A stretch of 64,000 nt of DNA from Candidatus Omnitrophota bacterium (GTDB lineage: Bacteria > Omnitrophota > Gorgyraeia > 1-14-0-20-64-10). The stretch lies in the NCBI GenBank assembly GCA_023248155.1, contig JAHFFE010000007.1, forward strand, positions 4,401-68,400. The letters are read 5' to 3'. Positions 1 through 11,200 of this stretch are shown one piece after another. The translations under genes and the position numbers were made by a program. The notes beneath the pieces are model-generated. The model did not search any database. It saw only the letters and a program-made list of their open reading frames with translations, and was not told where the DNA came from. Each line of letters starts with the position of its first letter. The first letter of the stretch is position 1.

Positions 1-2
1 AC

Positions 3-734
3 CGCGAAGTCGGCACGATCCGCTGCACCGAAGGAGTCGCTTCCATTTATGTGCCGGTTACCGCGTTGCTGCAGGACCGGTTCAAGGTGGCGGTCAAGCT
101 GGAGCATGATGTGACCACGGCCGCCTACGGCGAATGGGCGCTGGGCGCCGGCAATGATGTCGATATCATGCTGTTCATGTACTCGGGCGTCGGCTGCGGC
201 ATGATCATCAACGGCGAAATTTATCATGGCATCAGCGGAACGGCCGGCGAAGTTTCGCTGAAAGATCACCTCGACATCGGCGATGTCTGGATCGGCAATA
301 TCTCGGCGTTAAAACCGTGGCCGGCCCACTTGGGCATTCCGGATGACGCGCGCGAGGCGATTGAAAAGGGATCGACTTCCCGGATACTGGCATTAGCCGG
401 CGGAAAGATGGAAGCGATCACGATGCAGAGCGTTTTAGAAGCGCTTCGTTCCGGCGACAAGCTGGCGACCGAGGTAGTTCAGAAGGCCGGCGAACGGCTG
501 GGCGTGCGCATCGCGTTTTTGATTAACCTGCTCAACCCCGGCGCGATTGTAATTGGCGGCGGCGTTGAAGCGGCCGGTCCGGTTTTGATTGAAGCGGTCA
601 AGAAAATGATCCGAGCCTGTTCGTTTGAAGAGATGGCCAACGCCGTCAAAGTGGTTCCTGCCCGGCTGGGTGAAAACTCAGTGGCGCTGGGTGCCGCAAG
701 TCTTGTTATCCGGGATGTTTTTGCCGCTGTCTAG
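3..734 (+). CDS. ROK family protein (NagC/XylR-like regulator or sugar kinase), 5'-truncated by the window edge
   Basis: Frame is open from nt 3. ROK motifs EHDVTTAAYGE, GVGCGMIINGEIYHGISGTAGE, LNPGAIVIGGG, VALGAA. Confidence 0.88.
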   Translation, partial: REVGTIRCTEGVASIYVPVTALLQDRFKVAVKLEHDVTTAAYGEWALGAGNDVDIMLFMYSGVGCGMIINGEIYHGISGTAGEVSLKDHLDIGDVWIGNISALKPWPAHLGIPDDAREAIEKGSTSRILALAGGKMEAITMQSVLEALRSGDKLATEVVQKAGERLGVRIAFLINLLNPGAIVIGGGVEAAGPVLIEAVKKMIRACSFEEMANAVKVVPARLGENSVALGAASLVIRDVFAAV

Positions 735-743
735 TGCTATAAT
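735..743 (+). promoter_or_regulatory. Extended -10 promoter for the GH94 gene
   Basis: TGcTATAAT right after the ROK stop; SD AAGGAG precedes ATG 797. Confidence 0.55.
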
Positions 744-796
744 TATTTAGCGATACCATCCGCACGAAAGACCAAATCTAATTCAAGGAGTTTTCC

Positions 797-3217
797 ATGC
801 AATACGGACATTTCAGCAAGGACGGCAGCGAATATATTGTCACCAACCCGGCCACGCCGCGGCCCTGGTTCAACTACCTGTTCAATGATGTTTACCACTG
901 CCTGATTTCGCAGACCGGCGGCGGCTTTTCCTATTACCGCGATCCGAAATATTACCGTTTGCACCGCTACGATCATATCAGCTCCGATCGTCCCGGCCGC
1001 TATGTTTACCTGCGCGAACCGTCGACGGGCAAGACTTGGTCGCTCAACTGGCAGCCGATGCGCAACAAACTTCCGAAGTGGGAGTGCAAGCACGGCCTGG
1101 GTTACACCACCATTTCCGCCACCGCCAATGGCATTGAAGGAACCGTCACTTATTTCGTGCCGCAGGAAGCGCCCGCCGAAATCTGGATTGTTTCGCTGAA
1201 AAACGTTTCCAAATCGCAGAAAACCATTCAGGCGTTCCCGTTTGTTGAACTGGTCGCCGGCGATGTCGCTCTGGAAACGCATTACCGCAACATTCTCTGT
1301 CTGTACAACGAAGCGTCGTACGACAAATCACTGAAGGCGATCACGGCCTCGAAACTTCCGTTTAAAACCTGGCACAAGCCGGGCACCGCGTTCTTCTCGG
1401 CGTCGTTCAATCCGGACGCGTACGAGTGCAACCGCGAAGATTTCCTCGGCCCCTACAACGATCTCGACCGTCCCGACGCGCTGAAGCAAAAGAAACTGGG
1501 CAACCACAACTGCCGCGGCGAGGATATGGTCGCTGTTCTGCAGGGCACCTTTAAACTCAAGCCGGGCCAGACACAGCAGTTCGTCGTCGTCAACGGCATT
1601 ACCGAGCACAAGGCCGATGTTCCGGGCATCATCAAGCAGTTCCGCTCCGTCGACGCGGCCGTCAAGGAATTCGAGAAGGTCCGCGCGTTCTGGAAAGAGG
1701 CGCTCAAGCCGGTCTGGATCACGACGCCCGACGCGAAACTCGACCTGATGATCAACCAGTGGGGCAAGTACCAGTTATTCGCGATTACCCATTGGCGCGG
1801 CACCTCCCATTATCATGGCGCCGAAGGCGGGCAGGGCTACCGCGATACCGCGCAGGATGTCGAAGGTCTGCTCAGCATCGATCTGAAAACGGCCCGCACC
1901 AAGCTGGAACGGCTGTTATTCTACCAGTACAAGAGCGGGCATGCGGTCTCCGGTTTCTCCGAAGTTGAAGGCACCTGGGAAAATACCGGCGCGGCCGGTG
2001 TGGTCAAGAAGGCCGATGTGGCCGTCTGGCTGCCGTACAGCGTCGTGTCCTATGTGAAAGAAACCGGCGATACCGAATTTTTGAAGAAGGTCATTCCGTT
2101 CCACGACGGCGATGAAGCGACCGTCTACGAACATGTATTGCGCGCGGTCCGGCATATCTACAACACGCACGGCGAGCATCGCCTTCCGTTGATCGGCCAT
2201 GCCGACTGGAACGACGCCTATGATCATGTGGGCGTCAAGGGCAAGGGCGAAAGCATCTGGCTGGGTATGGCGCTGGTTCGGGCCTGCCGGCAGGTGCAGG
2301 ACCTGGCCCGGTTCCTCGGCGACAAGGCGATCGAGCAGGAGATGAACGCCAAAGCCGAAGAGATGACCGAGATCGTCAATAAAGAAGGATGGGAAGAGGA
2401 CTGGTACCTGGCCGCCTTTAACGACGAGGGACTCAAGATTGGTTCCAAGTACAACAAAGAAGGCAAAGTTCCTCTGAACTCCCAGACCTGGGCGATTTTG
2501 TCCGGCGTCGTTACGCCCGACCGTCTGCCGAAAATTCTGGACAAGATCGATCGCACGCTTGATACGCCGTATGGTCCGGCCTTGTTTCTGCCGACCTACA
2601 CCTCGTTCAATCCCGGCATTGGCCGCGTGACGGCATTTGCCGGCGGCACCAAAGAAAACGCGGCGGTCTTCTCGCACGCCTGCGCGTTCAAAGTGGTGGC
2701 CGATTGCACGATCAAGCGCGGAGACCGGGCGTACGATACCTTCTCCAAGCTGCTGCCGATTTCCAAGGCCAAGCAGAACCACGATAAATACAAAGTTGAG
2801 CCGTATGTCTGGGCCGAGTATATCGTCGGACCCGGATCGGCCGACCGGTTCGGTGAGGGCGCCTTTACCTGGAACACCGGCACCACGCCCTGGATGTACA
2901 ACGCCGCGACCGAGTGGATTTTGGGCGTCCGCCGCGAGTTCGACGGGTTGCTGGTTGATCCCTGTTTCCCGAAGAATTGGAAGGAAGCATCGATCCGCCG
3001 TCCGTTCCGCGGAGCAGTCTACGAGGTCCATATCAAAAATCCGGAAGGGGTTTGTTCCGGCGTGAAAAAGATCACCGTAGACGGGGTAGAGCAGTCCACG
3101 CCGTTCATCAAGCCGCATGGCGACGGGAAAGTTCATAAGGTTGAGGTGGTGATGGGCAAGAACGCGCTCAAAGTTGAGGATCGTTTCTCCGCTTTAGCCG
3201 CCGCTGCCAACCGCTAA
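797..3217 (+). CDS. GH94 glycoside phosphorylase (cellobiose/chitobiose phosphorylase family)
   Basis: N-terminal YGHF..EY..TPRPWFNYL, GYRDTAQD, catalytic ADWND, ESIW, KENAAVFSHA, WNTGT; 806 aa. Confidence 0.93.
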   Translation: MQYGHFSKDGSEYIVTNPATPRPWFNYLFNDVYHCLISQTGGGFSYYRDPKYYRLHRYDHISSDRPGRYVYLREPSTGKTWSLNWQPMRNKLPKWECKHGLGYTTISATANGIEGTVTYFVPQEAPAEIWIVSLKNVSKSQKTIQAFPFVELVAGDVALETHYRNILCLYNEASYDKSLKAITASKLPFKTWHKPGTAFFSASFNPDAYECNREDFLGPYNDLDRPDALKQKKLGNHNCRGEDMVAVLQGTFKLKPGQTQQFVVVNGITEHKADVPGIIKQFRSVDAAVKEFEKVRAFWKEALKPVWITTPDAKLDLMINQWGKYQLFAITHWRGTSHYHGAEGGQGYRDTAQDVEGLLSIDLKTARTKLERLLFYQYKSGHAVSGFSEVEGTWENTGAAGVVKKADVAVWLPYSVVSYVKETGDTEFLKKVIPFHDGDEATVYEHVLRAVRHIYNTHGEHRLPLIGHADWNDAYDHVGVKGKGESIWLGMALVRACRQVQDLARFLGDKAIEQEMNAKAEEMTEIVNKEGWEEDWYLAAFNDEGLKIGSKYNKEGKVPLNSQTWAILSGVVTPDRLPKILDKIDRTLDTPYGPALFLPTYTSFNPGIGRVTAFAGGTKENAAVFSHACAFKVVADCTIKRGDRAYDTFSKLLPISKAKQNHDKYKVEPYVWAEYIVGPGSADRFGEGAFTWNTGTTPWMYNAATEWILGVRREFDGLLVDPCFPKNWKEASIRRPFRGAVYEVHIKNPEGVCSGVKKITVDGVEQSTPFIKPHGDGKVHKVEVVMGKNALKVEDRFSALAAAANR

Positions 3218-3228
3218 TTCATTAACAG

Positions 3229-3294
3229 TGTCATCCTGAGAGTGTATTTGCTCAGGATCTTAAGATGCTGAGCAAACGCTAACTCAGCATGACA
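3229..3294. repeat. REP-like doublet palindrome
   Basis: TGTCATCCTGAG...CTCAGGATCT-TA-AGATGCTGAG...CTCAGCATGACA: two hairpins that are also mutually inverted. Confidence 0.6.
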
Positions 3295-3303
3295 GCCGTA
3301 TCC

Positions 3304-3340
3304 GGGGTGCTAGGAATTCCTAGCACCCCTTTTTCTTTTT
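3304..3340 (+). terminator. Rho-independent terminator
   Basis: Perfect 26-nt palindrome GGGGTGCTAGGAATTCCTAGCACCCC followed by TTTTTCTTTTT. Confidence 0.85.
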
Positions 3341-3389
3341 ATAGAACTATTCGGTTCTTGTTAGTCGTGGAACAAATTTATAGGTAATC

Positions 3390-3418
3390 TTGACTTTTTA
3401 AAAGGATTCAGGTATATT
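3390..3418 (+). promoter_or_regulatory. Sigma70 promoter of the giant-protein operon
   Basis: TTGACT-17 nt-TATATT; favours ATG 3446 over TTG 3419 as the start codon. Confidence 0.65.
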
Positions 3419-3445
3419 TTGTACAAAGGGGATACCTATAAGAGG

Positions 3446-5197
3446 ATGATTATCAAGATATCCAGGATAGGGTTCATTTTTATATTCCTTTCTTTTTCAG
3501 GGACAGCGATCCCGTCTATCTACGCGGTCCAGGAAGAAGGCCCCAAAACTTTCTGGGAAAGCCATGGTAAAGTAGAAGACGAAGAATCCGCGCCCGGTTT
3601 CAGCGGTGAATCGTCGATCGATACCGGATCCAAATTCCAAAAGCCCGACCAGCCAATCCCATTAACACTTGAAAATCTTCGCATTCCCACTCAGGACGGT
3701 TCCCTCAAAAAAACATATTCCGCGCGCGAGCCGTTGGTGATTCATATTCAGGACGCGCATGCCAACTATGAAGCGCAGAAACATCTGGCCAGTATTCTGG
3801 AATATCTGGTGGTCACGCACGGTCTTTCACTGATCCTCGTTGAGGGCGGCTCCCGCAACGATTCGCTTTCCTATATGCGCACCTACGCGCCGATTGAGAA
3901 ACGCAAAGAAGTCGCCGAAGAATTCTTGAAGAGCGGAAAAATCTCCGGTGAAAACTACCTGGACCTGACCACCGACTACAACTTTACCGTTTATGGCATC
4001 GAGAAACCGGAACTGTACGACGAGAACATGGAAGCGTTCTTCAGTGTTGAAAAAGTCCAGCCGCAGGCGCTCTCCGCGATGAAATCGTTCCGCGAGGCGG
4101 TGGAAAATCTCAAGCAGACGATCTATCCCGACGAAGTCAAAACGCTGGAACTGCGCGAGCTGGAAGTGAAGGAAGGGCGCATCCCGCTGGCCCAGCATTA
4201 CCAGTCTTTGGCCGATGAGGCCGGCAAGCGCAAAGTGGCGCTCGACGATAAAACTTATCCGAACCTGCTCAAATTCATCCGCGCCAGCGGCATGGAAAAA
4301 GAGCTGAACTTCAAAACGGTCGAAACCGAGCGGACCAAATTTCTGGAAGCGCTGACCAAATCACTGCCGAAGCCGGAAATGGACAAACTGCTTCAGCAGA
4401 GCTTGGATTTAAAGAAAGGGCTGGTGACGCCGGCCTCATTCTACGGCAACCTGCGCGGGTATATGAAGCCGGGGCAGAACGCCGAATATCCGATATTGGC
4501 CAACTACATTGAGTACCTGGCGCTGTTCGAGGCGATCGACCACGCGTCACTGTTTACCGAGGTCGAAAATTTGAGCGACCAGATTAAAGACAGCTATTTC
4601 AAGGAGAAGGGGCAGCGCATATTGGCCAAGGCGGCTAAAGATGTCGGTGTGCTGGAAGATTTACTCGAGCTGAAATTAACGCCCGACAGCTACGACTATT
4701 ACCGCACGCACCGCAAAGAGTTTAAACCCGATGAATGGGCCGATAACCTGCGCGCGCTGGGCAGCCAGCAAAATCCGCCGATGACGCTGCTGCTTTCGCC
4801 CGGCCCGCTGAACGCGGCGATGCCGGCGATGAGCAGTTTTTACGAGGTGGCGCGCCAGCGCGACCAGGCGATGATGGACAATGCGCTCAAGCAGATCAAG
4901 GAATTCAATGTTCCGTTCGCGGTGCTGATTGCCGGCGGGTTTCATACGCCGGCGTTTGAACGGCTCTTTAAAGAACAGAAAGCGTCATACGCGGTAGTTG
5001 CGCCCAAGGTCAGCAAAGTGACGCAGGAAGACACCGATAAATACCACCGCGTGCTCAAAGAAACGTATGTGCCGATGTCGGAGAAATACCGGCAGAAGCA
5101 GGGATTGCCGTCGTCGTCGCTCGGTGCGGCTTCCGTGCAGACTCGCAAGACAGCGACAGCTTCATTAACTGAAACAGGGGCCGCTTCCGAAGGGTAA
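3446..5197 (+). CDS. Exported/membrane-anchored 'HIQDAH' protein, probable EreA/ChaN/TraB(TIKI)-like fold
   Basis: N-terminal hydrophobic segment. Motifs VIHIQDAHANYEAQ, LILVEGG, VYGIE, RDQAM and AVLIAGGFH match the order of TIKI/ChaN-like active-site elements, with a large helical insert. Confidence 0.6.
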   Translation: MIIKISRIGFIFIFLSFSGTAIPSIYAVQEEGPKTFWESHGKVEDEESAPGFSGESSIDTGSKFQKPDQPIPLTLENLRIPTQDGSLKKTYSAREPLVIHIQDAHANYEAQKHLASILEYLVVTHGLSLILVEGGSRNDSLSYMRTYAPIEKRKEVAEEFLKSGKISGENYLDLTTDYNFTVYGIEKPELYDENMEAFFSVEKVQPQALSAMKSFREAVENLKQTIYPDEVKTLELRELEVKEGRIPLAQHYQSLADEAGKRKVALDDKTYPNLLKFIRASGMEKELNFKTVETERTKFLEALTKSLPKPEMDKLLQQSLDLKKGLVTPASFYGNLRGYMKPGQNAEYPILANYIEYLALFEAIDHASLFTEVENLSDQIKDSYFKEKGQRILAKAAKDVGVLEDLLELKLTPDSYDYYRTHRKEFKPDEWADNLRALGSQQNPPMTLLLSPGPLNAAMPAMSSFYEVARQRDQAMMDNALKQIKEFNVPFAVLIAGGFHTPAFERLFKEQKASYAVVAPKVSKVTQEDTDKYHRVLKETYVPMSEKYRQKQGLPSSSLGAASVQTRKTATASLTETGAASEG

Positions 5198-5226
5198 CGC
5201 TCAGCCAGGAGAGAGATAAAAATCCA

Positions 5227-8200
5227 ATGAGAATATTTCAGCGGGAAAGATATCGAACCATAATTGCCTTCATTACAATCCTTTCTATTTCCTTTACCCA
5301 AGCTTTGCCTGCCTGGGCTCTGCGCCCTGGGATTGAAGGCCGCTCCCAAGGTGGTCTTGAAGAAAGTCTCCGCGGCGGTACAGCACTTTCAGCTTCTTCT
5401 TCCACTGCTTTACAGGCTGTTTTTTCCGCGGTCGGTCAGATTGAAGATCAGGAGGGCCAACTTCCTGCCACCACGCGGGAGATTGTCATCTCTCTGCTCG
5501 ATCAATTAGAGCAAACCGATCCCACGATTGCCGCTAAGGTGGGCAACCGGGCAGCTGTTCTGTCCCAGATGGACGAACTATTATCCAAAGCTCCAAATGA
5601 AACCTGTCTGACCTGCGGAACGCACGCCGTTTCCAATGTCGCTTTTTCCAGCGCTGAGCGGGCAAAGCCGGAAGGATTACAGTCGGATCGTTTTAACGAT
5701 ACCGAGGTGTTAACTGCCATTTTGATTGTCCTCGATCTGATCAACAGCGGCCGGGTTTTATCGCTATCCGAATCGGATGGGCATCAGGTTCTGGCCAATT
5801 CCATGCTTTCGCTGCGTCAGGCGCTGAATATGCTTGAGGATCGGTTGCCCTCTCAAGACCGGAAGTTATGGACGGGGGCTGAGATTAAACAGGCGGATAT
5901 GGAGAGGCTGCTGAAGGACGGCTATCAGGTTGTCGCGCATCTCGATGGGGATCACTTCGTGCAGGTTACCCGCGTTGAAGGCGGGCGAGTCTGGTACAGC
6001 GAGCCTCGTACTGCGCAGTTTGACGCTGAAAGCCAGCTTTCGATTCGTGATTTTGGCAAACGCTGGGGAAGAGGCGTTGTCTTAACCAACGGGCGAATTC
6101 CTTCATCCAGAACCACATTGGCTGATTCCGCGTTATTAAATTTGCAGGGCTGCTGCGGCATCAACACTGTTTTTGGACAGAATGGCGGAGTTCGTTCCTT
6201 GCTGGACGCGCTGCTTCGTTTGAAATACCGGGCTCCAGACAATACCGGCATCGCCGTCATGACGGAAAATGGGATACAGGTGGTCCGGGTGGGCAAGGAT
6301 GTGCAGGGACATGGAGACGGGGCTCCGGATACGATGGTGGCATTACTTTACAATAATCCGATTTATCCGGAGGCGGTTCCGCTGGCGGTGGAGTGGGGCA
6401 AGAAAAATAGGGCGGGCCAACAGTTCCATACCGAATTAGAGAAAGCAGTAAAGGAAGGAATAGATGATTTTAGAGAGGCGTTAAAATTGTCCAATGCGCC
6501 GCGAAAAGAGACTCTCTTGAAATCGGCCGCCGGGCATTTTGCCCGAGCTGAACAGTATAAAGAACAGCTGACGGTGATGGCTGTTCAACAGGTGCGTGAT
6601 ACCGGGAAAAAACTGCTGGACGATGAGGGTTTGCCGGATCGGCGCGCTGAATTAAAGGGAGATGCATCTACGCTGCGGAACTTGTTTAGTACGGGCATAG
6701 ACGCTGTTACCGTTCATATCGGCCAGGTTGGTGGTATTTGGGCCGGTGATCAATTTTTAATTCGCCATGATAATTTGCGGCAGTTAGTTGAGAAGATCTC
6801 CGCCGCGTTTGGCCTTAACGAAGAGTTTGTCCGCCTCTTTTTGCGCGTGGAGTTATCCAATGTGACCACCGAGCGGTTTGGAGAGAATTCAGCTCAGGCG
6901 GGCGCGGTTTTGGAAGTATTTGACCGATTGTCTTATTCTGCTGTTTTAGGGACACTGACGAATGACCAGCAGGCGGAATGGGATCAGAAAGTGATGAAAT
7001 ATTTGCTGGGGCGCTGGCTCAAAGTTCCGTCTGATTTTAATGTCGACGCAGTACGGCATGTTTTTCGAGCGCAGGCTTCTTTGCTTGGAATGATAAGCCC
7101 TCGCGATGAAAACCCCAGTCTGCATCCTGAATTTCTAAGTGAACTGGCAAAAGAATTTGATCGGCGCATGCCTTCCAGGAAGGGCCAGTTTATGGCCTAC
7201 TGGAAACGTGAACGCGATCTGAATCAGCCGGGGCATGCGTTTGCCGCGCTAAATGAGGTTTTTCATAAATGGGCGTACCAATACAAGGTTGACCTGTGGG
7301 ATGCGAATTCAAAGAGCTATAAACAGGTTCAGTTGCTGGATCAACAGCAGTACAGGGTGCTTGCCGGAACAGGACAGGCTTCCGCCGCCACGGTTCGATT
7401 AATTGGAGAATTGGTGGTTGGCCATGGCCGCTGGGCCATGACCGGAGATCCCAGCCGCTGGAATGCCCATCCGCATGAGAGCAGGGACATGGTTCTGGTT
7501 CATAACGGTACGATTAACGGAATTACGAATGCCACGCTGAAAACCGAGCATAATACCAATGGATTGGCGGCTGCTTACCATGAGAATGGCAACCTGGAAG
7601 GTCCTGAAATTTTAACGGATACGCGGATTATCGTTACGCATTGGCAGTATTTGCAGGATAAAGCGGCCGCGGATCTCGAGTCAGGCCGCATGGGAGAGGA
7701 TTTGATCTATGCCGATGAATCGGACGAGGGAACGGCGCTTGGAACGCGGCTCGAAAAGAAAGGCGAAGGCGACGATGCTGTTACCGGATCAAAAACAACC
7801 GGCCGCGTGCGGGAATGGAACGCCATTGTTCGGAATTTAAGGTCGTCGGGCCGTCAGCATATTTCCGAGAATGAAGTTGCCGTTCGTTTGGCGATGACGG
7901 AAATGGCGGAGGGGTCCGAGATCGGCGTCAGCGCCAACAGTTTGCATGACCCCTTTGTTACTTACGTTGTCAGCCATGACCGGCCGGTGGATATTGTGAT
8001 TCATGAAGGCAAAGTATTGGTGACTTCCGACATGGCGGCCGGCATTGCGTTGTTTCCGGCAGCCGATGTTTCGAGAGCGGCTCAGGAATTATCTAGAATG
8101 CACCGCCGGCTCCAGAGCGAGCTGGAGGATCTCCGCCAGAGGCGGGATGAGAATGACCTTACCCCCGAAGAATATGTGGTCGAGGTCAAGCAGGCGTTTG

Positions 8201-11200
8201 CCGCTTACAAAAAATCAGCCAACCCCATCAAAGAAAAATTCAAGATCGATGTCTATCATTTGAAAGAGTTGAACAAATTCGCCGCTATTCGCAGGGTAGT
8301 CAACAGCGCGGGTGAAATTGAATTAAGCGTTGATATTTCGCATTTGGACGGAACACCGCTGACCGAAAAAGAATGGAATAAAGAGGCAAAATTTGAAAAA
8401 GCCAAAGTAGATCCGGATGTCGGTGTTAAGGGCGGGTACGCCACCTTTATTGAAAAACACGTGGATGAAATCCCGTCGATTTTGTTGGATGACGCCACCT
8501 CGTACATTGAAGTTGACGACGGTCGTCCCGCGCGCGTTCACCTTCCGGATATTAAGACCGATAAACTGACCGGCCGGTTCGGTCCCAAGCTTGAGCGTCT
8601 GCGCCGGGTTTTCTTGATTGGTGTCGGTTCTTCGTGGCGCGACGCCAAAATTGTCGAACAGATGTTTGGCGATTTGCTGCAGGGGGTGGAACTGGTGCAG
8701 ATTTCCGTTCAGGATCCGGTGGAAATTCAGAACCTTGGGATTAAACTGAACCCGGAAACTGATCTGGCGATCGGCATGAGCTGGTCCGGATCAACGGCAT
8801 CGATGGTCAAGCTGTTCAACCGTCTTTCGAGCGGAGAAGACCAGGGCCAGGATGTTCCGTTGATCGCCGTGACCGGTAAGACTTCATCGGATATGGCCAG
8901 CGTTGCCAAGAGAAGCGCGGGGTATGTGGATGTGCAGTCCGGGCCGGAATCATCGGTAGCAACCACGAAAGGATTTGAATCGGTCCTTTACTGCCTCTGT
9001 TTGCTGGGCGTGCAGTTAAGCCAGATGCAGGGCAATGACAGTTTAGTATCGGCCCGCACCCAGTATGTTCAGGAATTATGGGATTTGGTTGACCAACACA
9101 TGGATGCATTGGTGCGGGAACCCGGAAAATCTTCCGGACAAAAAGAACGGTCCACCGCTAAAGTTGAAAATCCCCAGGAACGTTCGAAAGTTCAAAAAGT
9201 GGCCGATGCCTGGCATAGCCGGCAGAAAGTGCTCGTCATTGGAAGCCGCGCCAATCCGGTTTATGTCGAAGGGGAACTTAAGGCGGAAGAAATTGCCTGG
9301 ACGGTCGGCAAGGCGGCGGATATCCGTGATGACAGCTGGCGGTCTTTGCTGGAAAACAGCGCCGATCCCCATGTGACCGAATCGGAGCGAGTCGCCACCA
9401 TTTTTAACATGACGGATCCGGGCACGTTGGATCAGTTTATAAAGGCCATTCGTGAAGTGACGGATCAGGGTATCCAGGTGGTGGTCCAGACATTTCAAAA
9501 AGACAATTCCCATTACGCTGAACTGCAGCGGATGGAACAAGAAGGAAGAATCGCCCTGTTTGAAGTTCCGCGGGTTCGCACGACGCTGCAGGCGTTGGTC
9601 GACGCGATTTTCTTTTTTCAATTTTCAATTGCGTTTGCCCGTTCGCACGGGTTAACAGATCCGCAGATCGATAACCCGAGAAACCTCGCGAAATCAGTCA
9701 CTGTCAGCGGCGCTCGCTCATTGGAAGAGCTGGTCCGGAACTCGGCGACCCGCGTGGTGAAGGTGGACGATATTACTGGGCGGCTGGATGCTTTGCAGCG
9801 CATCTACTCTGTCTATCGGAGCGGTTTAGCCGCGCGATGGGCGGAGCTGCGCTCCGCTCGTCAGCAGGCCGGCGCCCGCCTGTCCGTATTGTTGAATGGG
9901 CTTGTCCGGGAATGGTTTGGAAAACTGGCCAAGCCGAATGAACCGCAATCTCTCTGGCCGGAGGCATCTCAGCGTGATCGCGCTGAACGGTTGCTTGCCC
10001 GGTTTAAACAAGCGGCCAATGCCGATAATCCGACGGCTAAGGTATTGATTGTAACCGACGAAGAAGCCACCCAATACGCCGGCGAAGCGGCTGCCGGCGT
10101 CTATGGTTCCCGCGAGGTGGTTGTTTCAGGCGAACATAAAGATCTCTATGATGCCGATAAAGGCATTAAAATTCGCGCCGGAAAATGGTATTACCGTGCT
10201 TCGTATGACGTTGTTGCCGAGAATTACACGCTGAAGTTTGACGCGAAGCTGAATCCTTACGCGAATCCAGGCGAGCAGCCGGCGGATGCCGGTCCCATCG
10301 TGATTGTCAAAGGACAACAGCAGGTTTCTCTCAACGGAAAACAGTACCGCGTGGATCAGGGCTCGTTTCTCAAGGATCCCAAGGAAAAAGACAAGCTGGT
10401 TTCCGGGCTTCAGATGCGGGCTGAACAGCCTGACCTATTGCTGGCCGGCGTCGAAAATATCCGGGTTGTTCGGGCAACGGATCCCAATGTGGATCAGATG
10501 GTTGATCAGGATACGGTGGTGGTGCTGGTTTCGCGCGCGCGAAACAGGGGATCGGACAATAATAAGGACACGCTCCTTACAAAGCCCGATACCAGGAAAC
10601 AACTTCCTATTCCTTCGAATGCCCAATCCGAACAGACTATGCGCGCGTTGGCGGATCGTTTGGCAAAAAAAGCGATCCCTCTGGTGACGATTGCCGATCG
10701 TGATTCTCTCTTGGAGGATCCTTCATTGGACGAAGTTCGGGTCACGCACTTTTCGCTGGGGAGTGATTTTACTTCATCAAGCGTTTATCCGTCGACTTAT
10801 GTGGCATTGCTGGCGGCGGGTGTCCGGATGGGAGATATCTTGGGGCGTGATGTCCAGCCGGTGGCCCGCTCTCTGTTCGCGGTGCCTGGCATGGTGTCGA
10901 ATGTTCTGGGTTCAGAGCAGCTTCAGAAGCATCTGGAACAGGTTTTGTATCGAGTTCGCGGGTATAAAAAGGTGCATATTATCGGCGGCGGCCAATCGTA
11001 CGCCGATGCTAAGGAATTAGCCCGGGTTCTTTCAACGCTGGGTATTTTTGCTGAAGCCCAGTTGAATGACTCTGCCTGGCATGGGCCGTTGGCCGCGGCG
11101 GATCCTAACCGCAGAAAATACGGAGAACCGGGATCGGATGCCTACAAATATAAATATGGCGTCAATGACGGTTACGATACCGATGGCGATACATTGGTTG

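Noticed and set aside
1916-3136. 406-aa minus-strand ORF (also 743-1282)
   Set aside because: Antisense shadow of the well-supported GH94 gene; no motifs.
6151-7510. Possible intein beginning at the Cys-Cys in giant protein 1
   Set aside because: The sequence after Cys is GlmS itself; the HN here is the GlmS VHNG motif, with no His-Asn-[CST] junction or LAGLIDADG motif seen.
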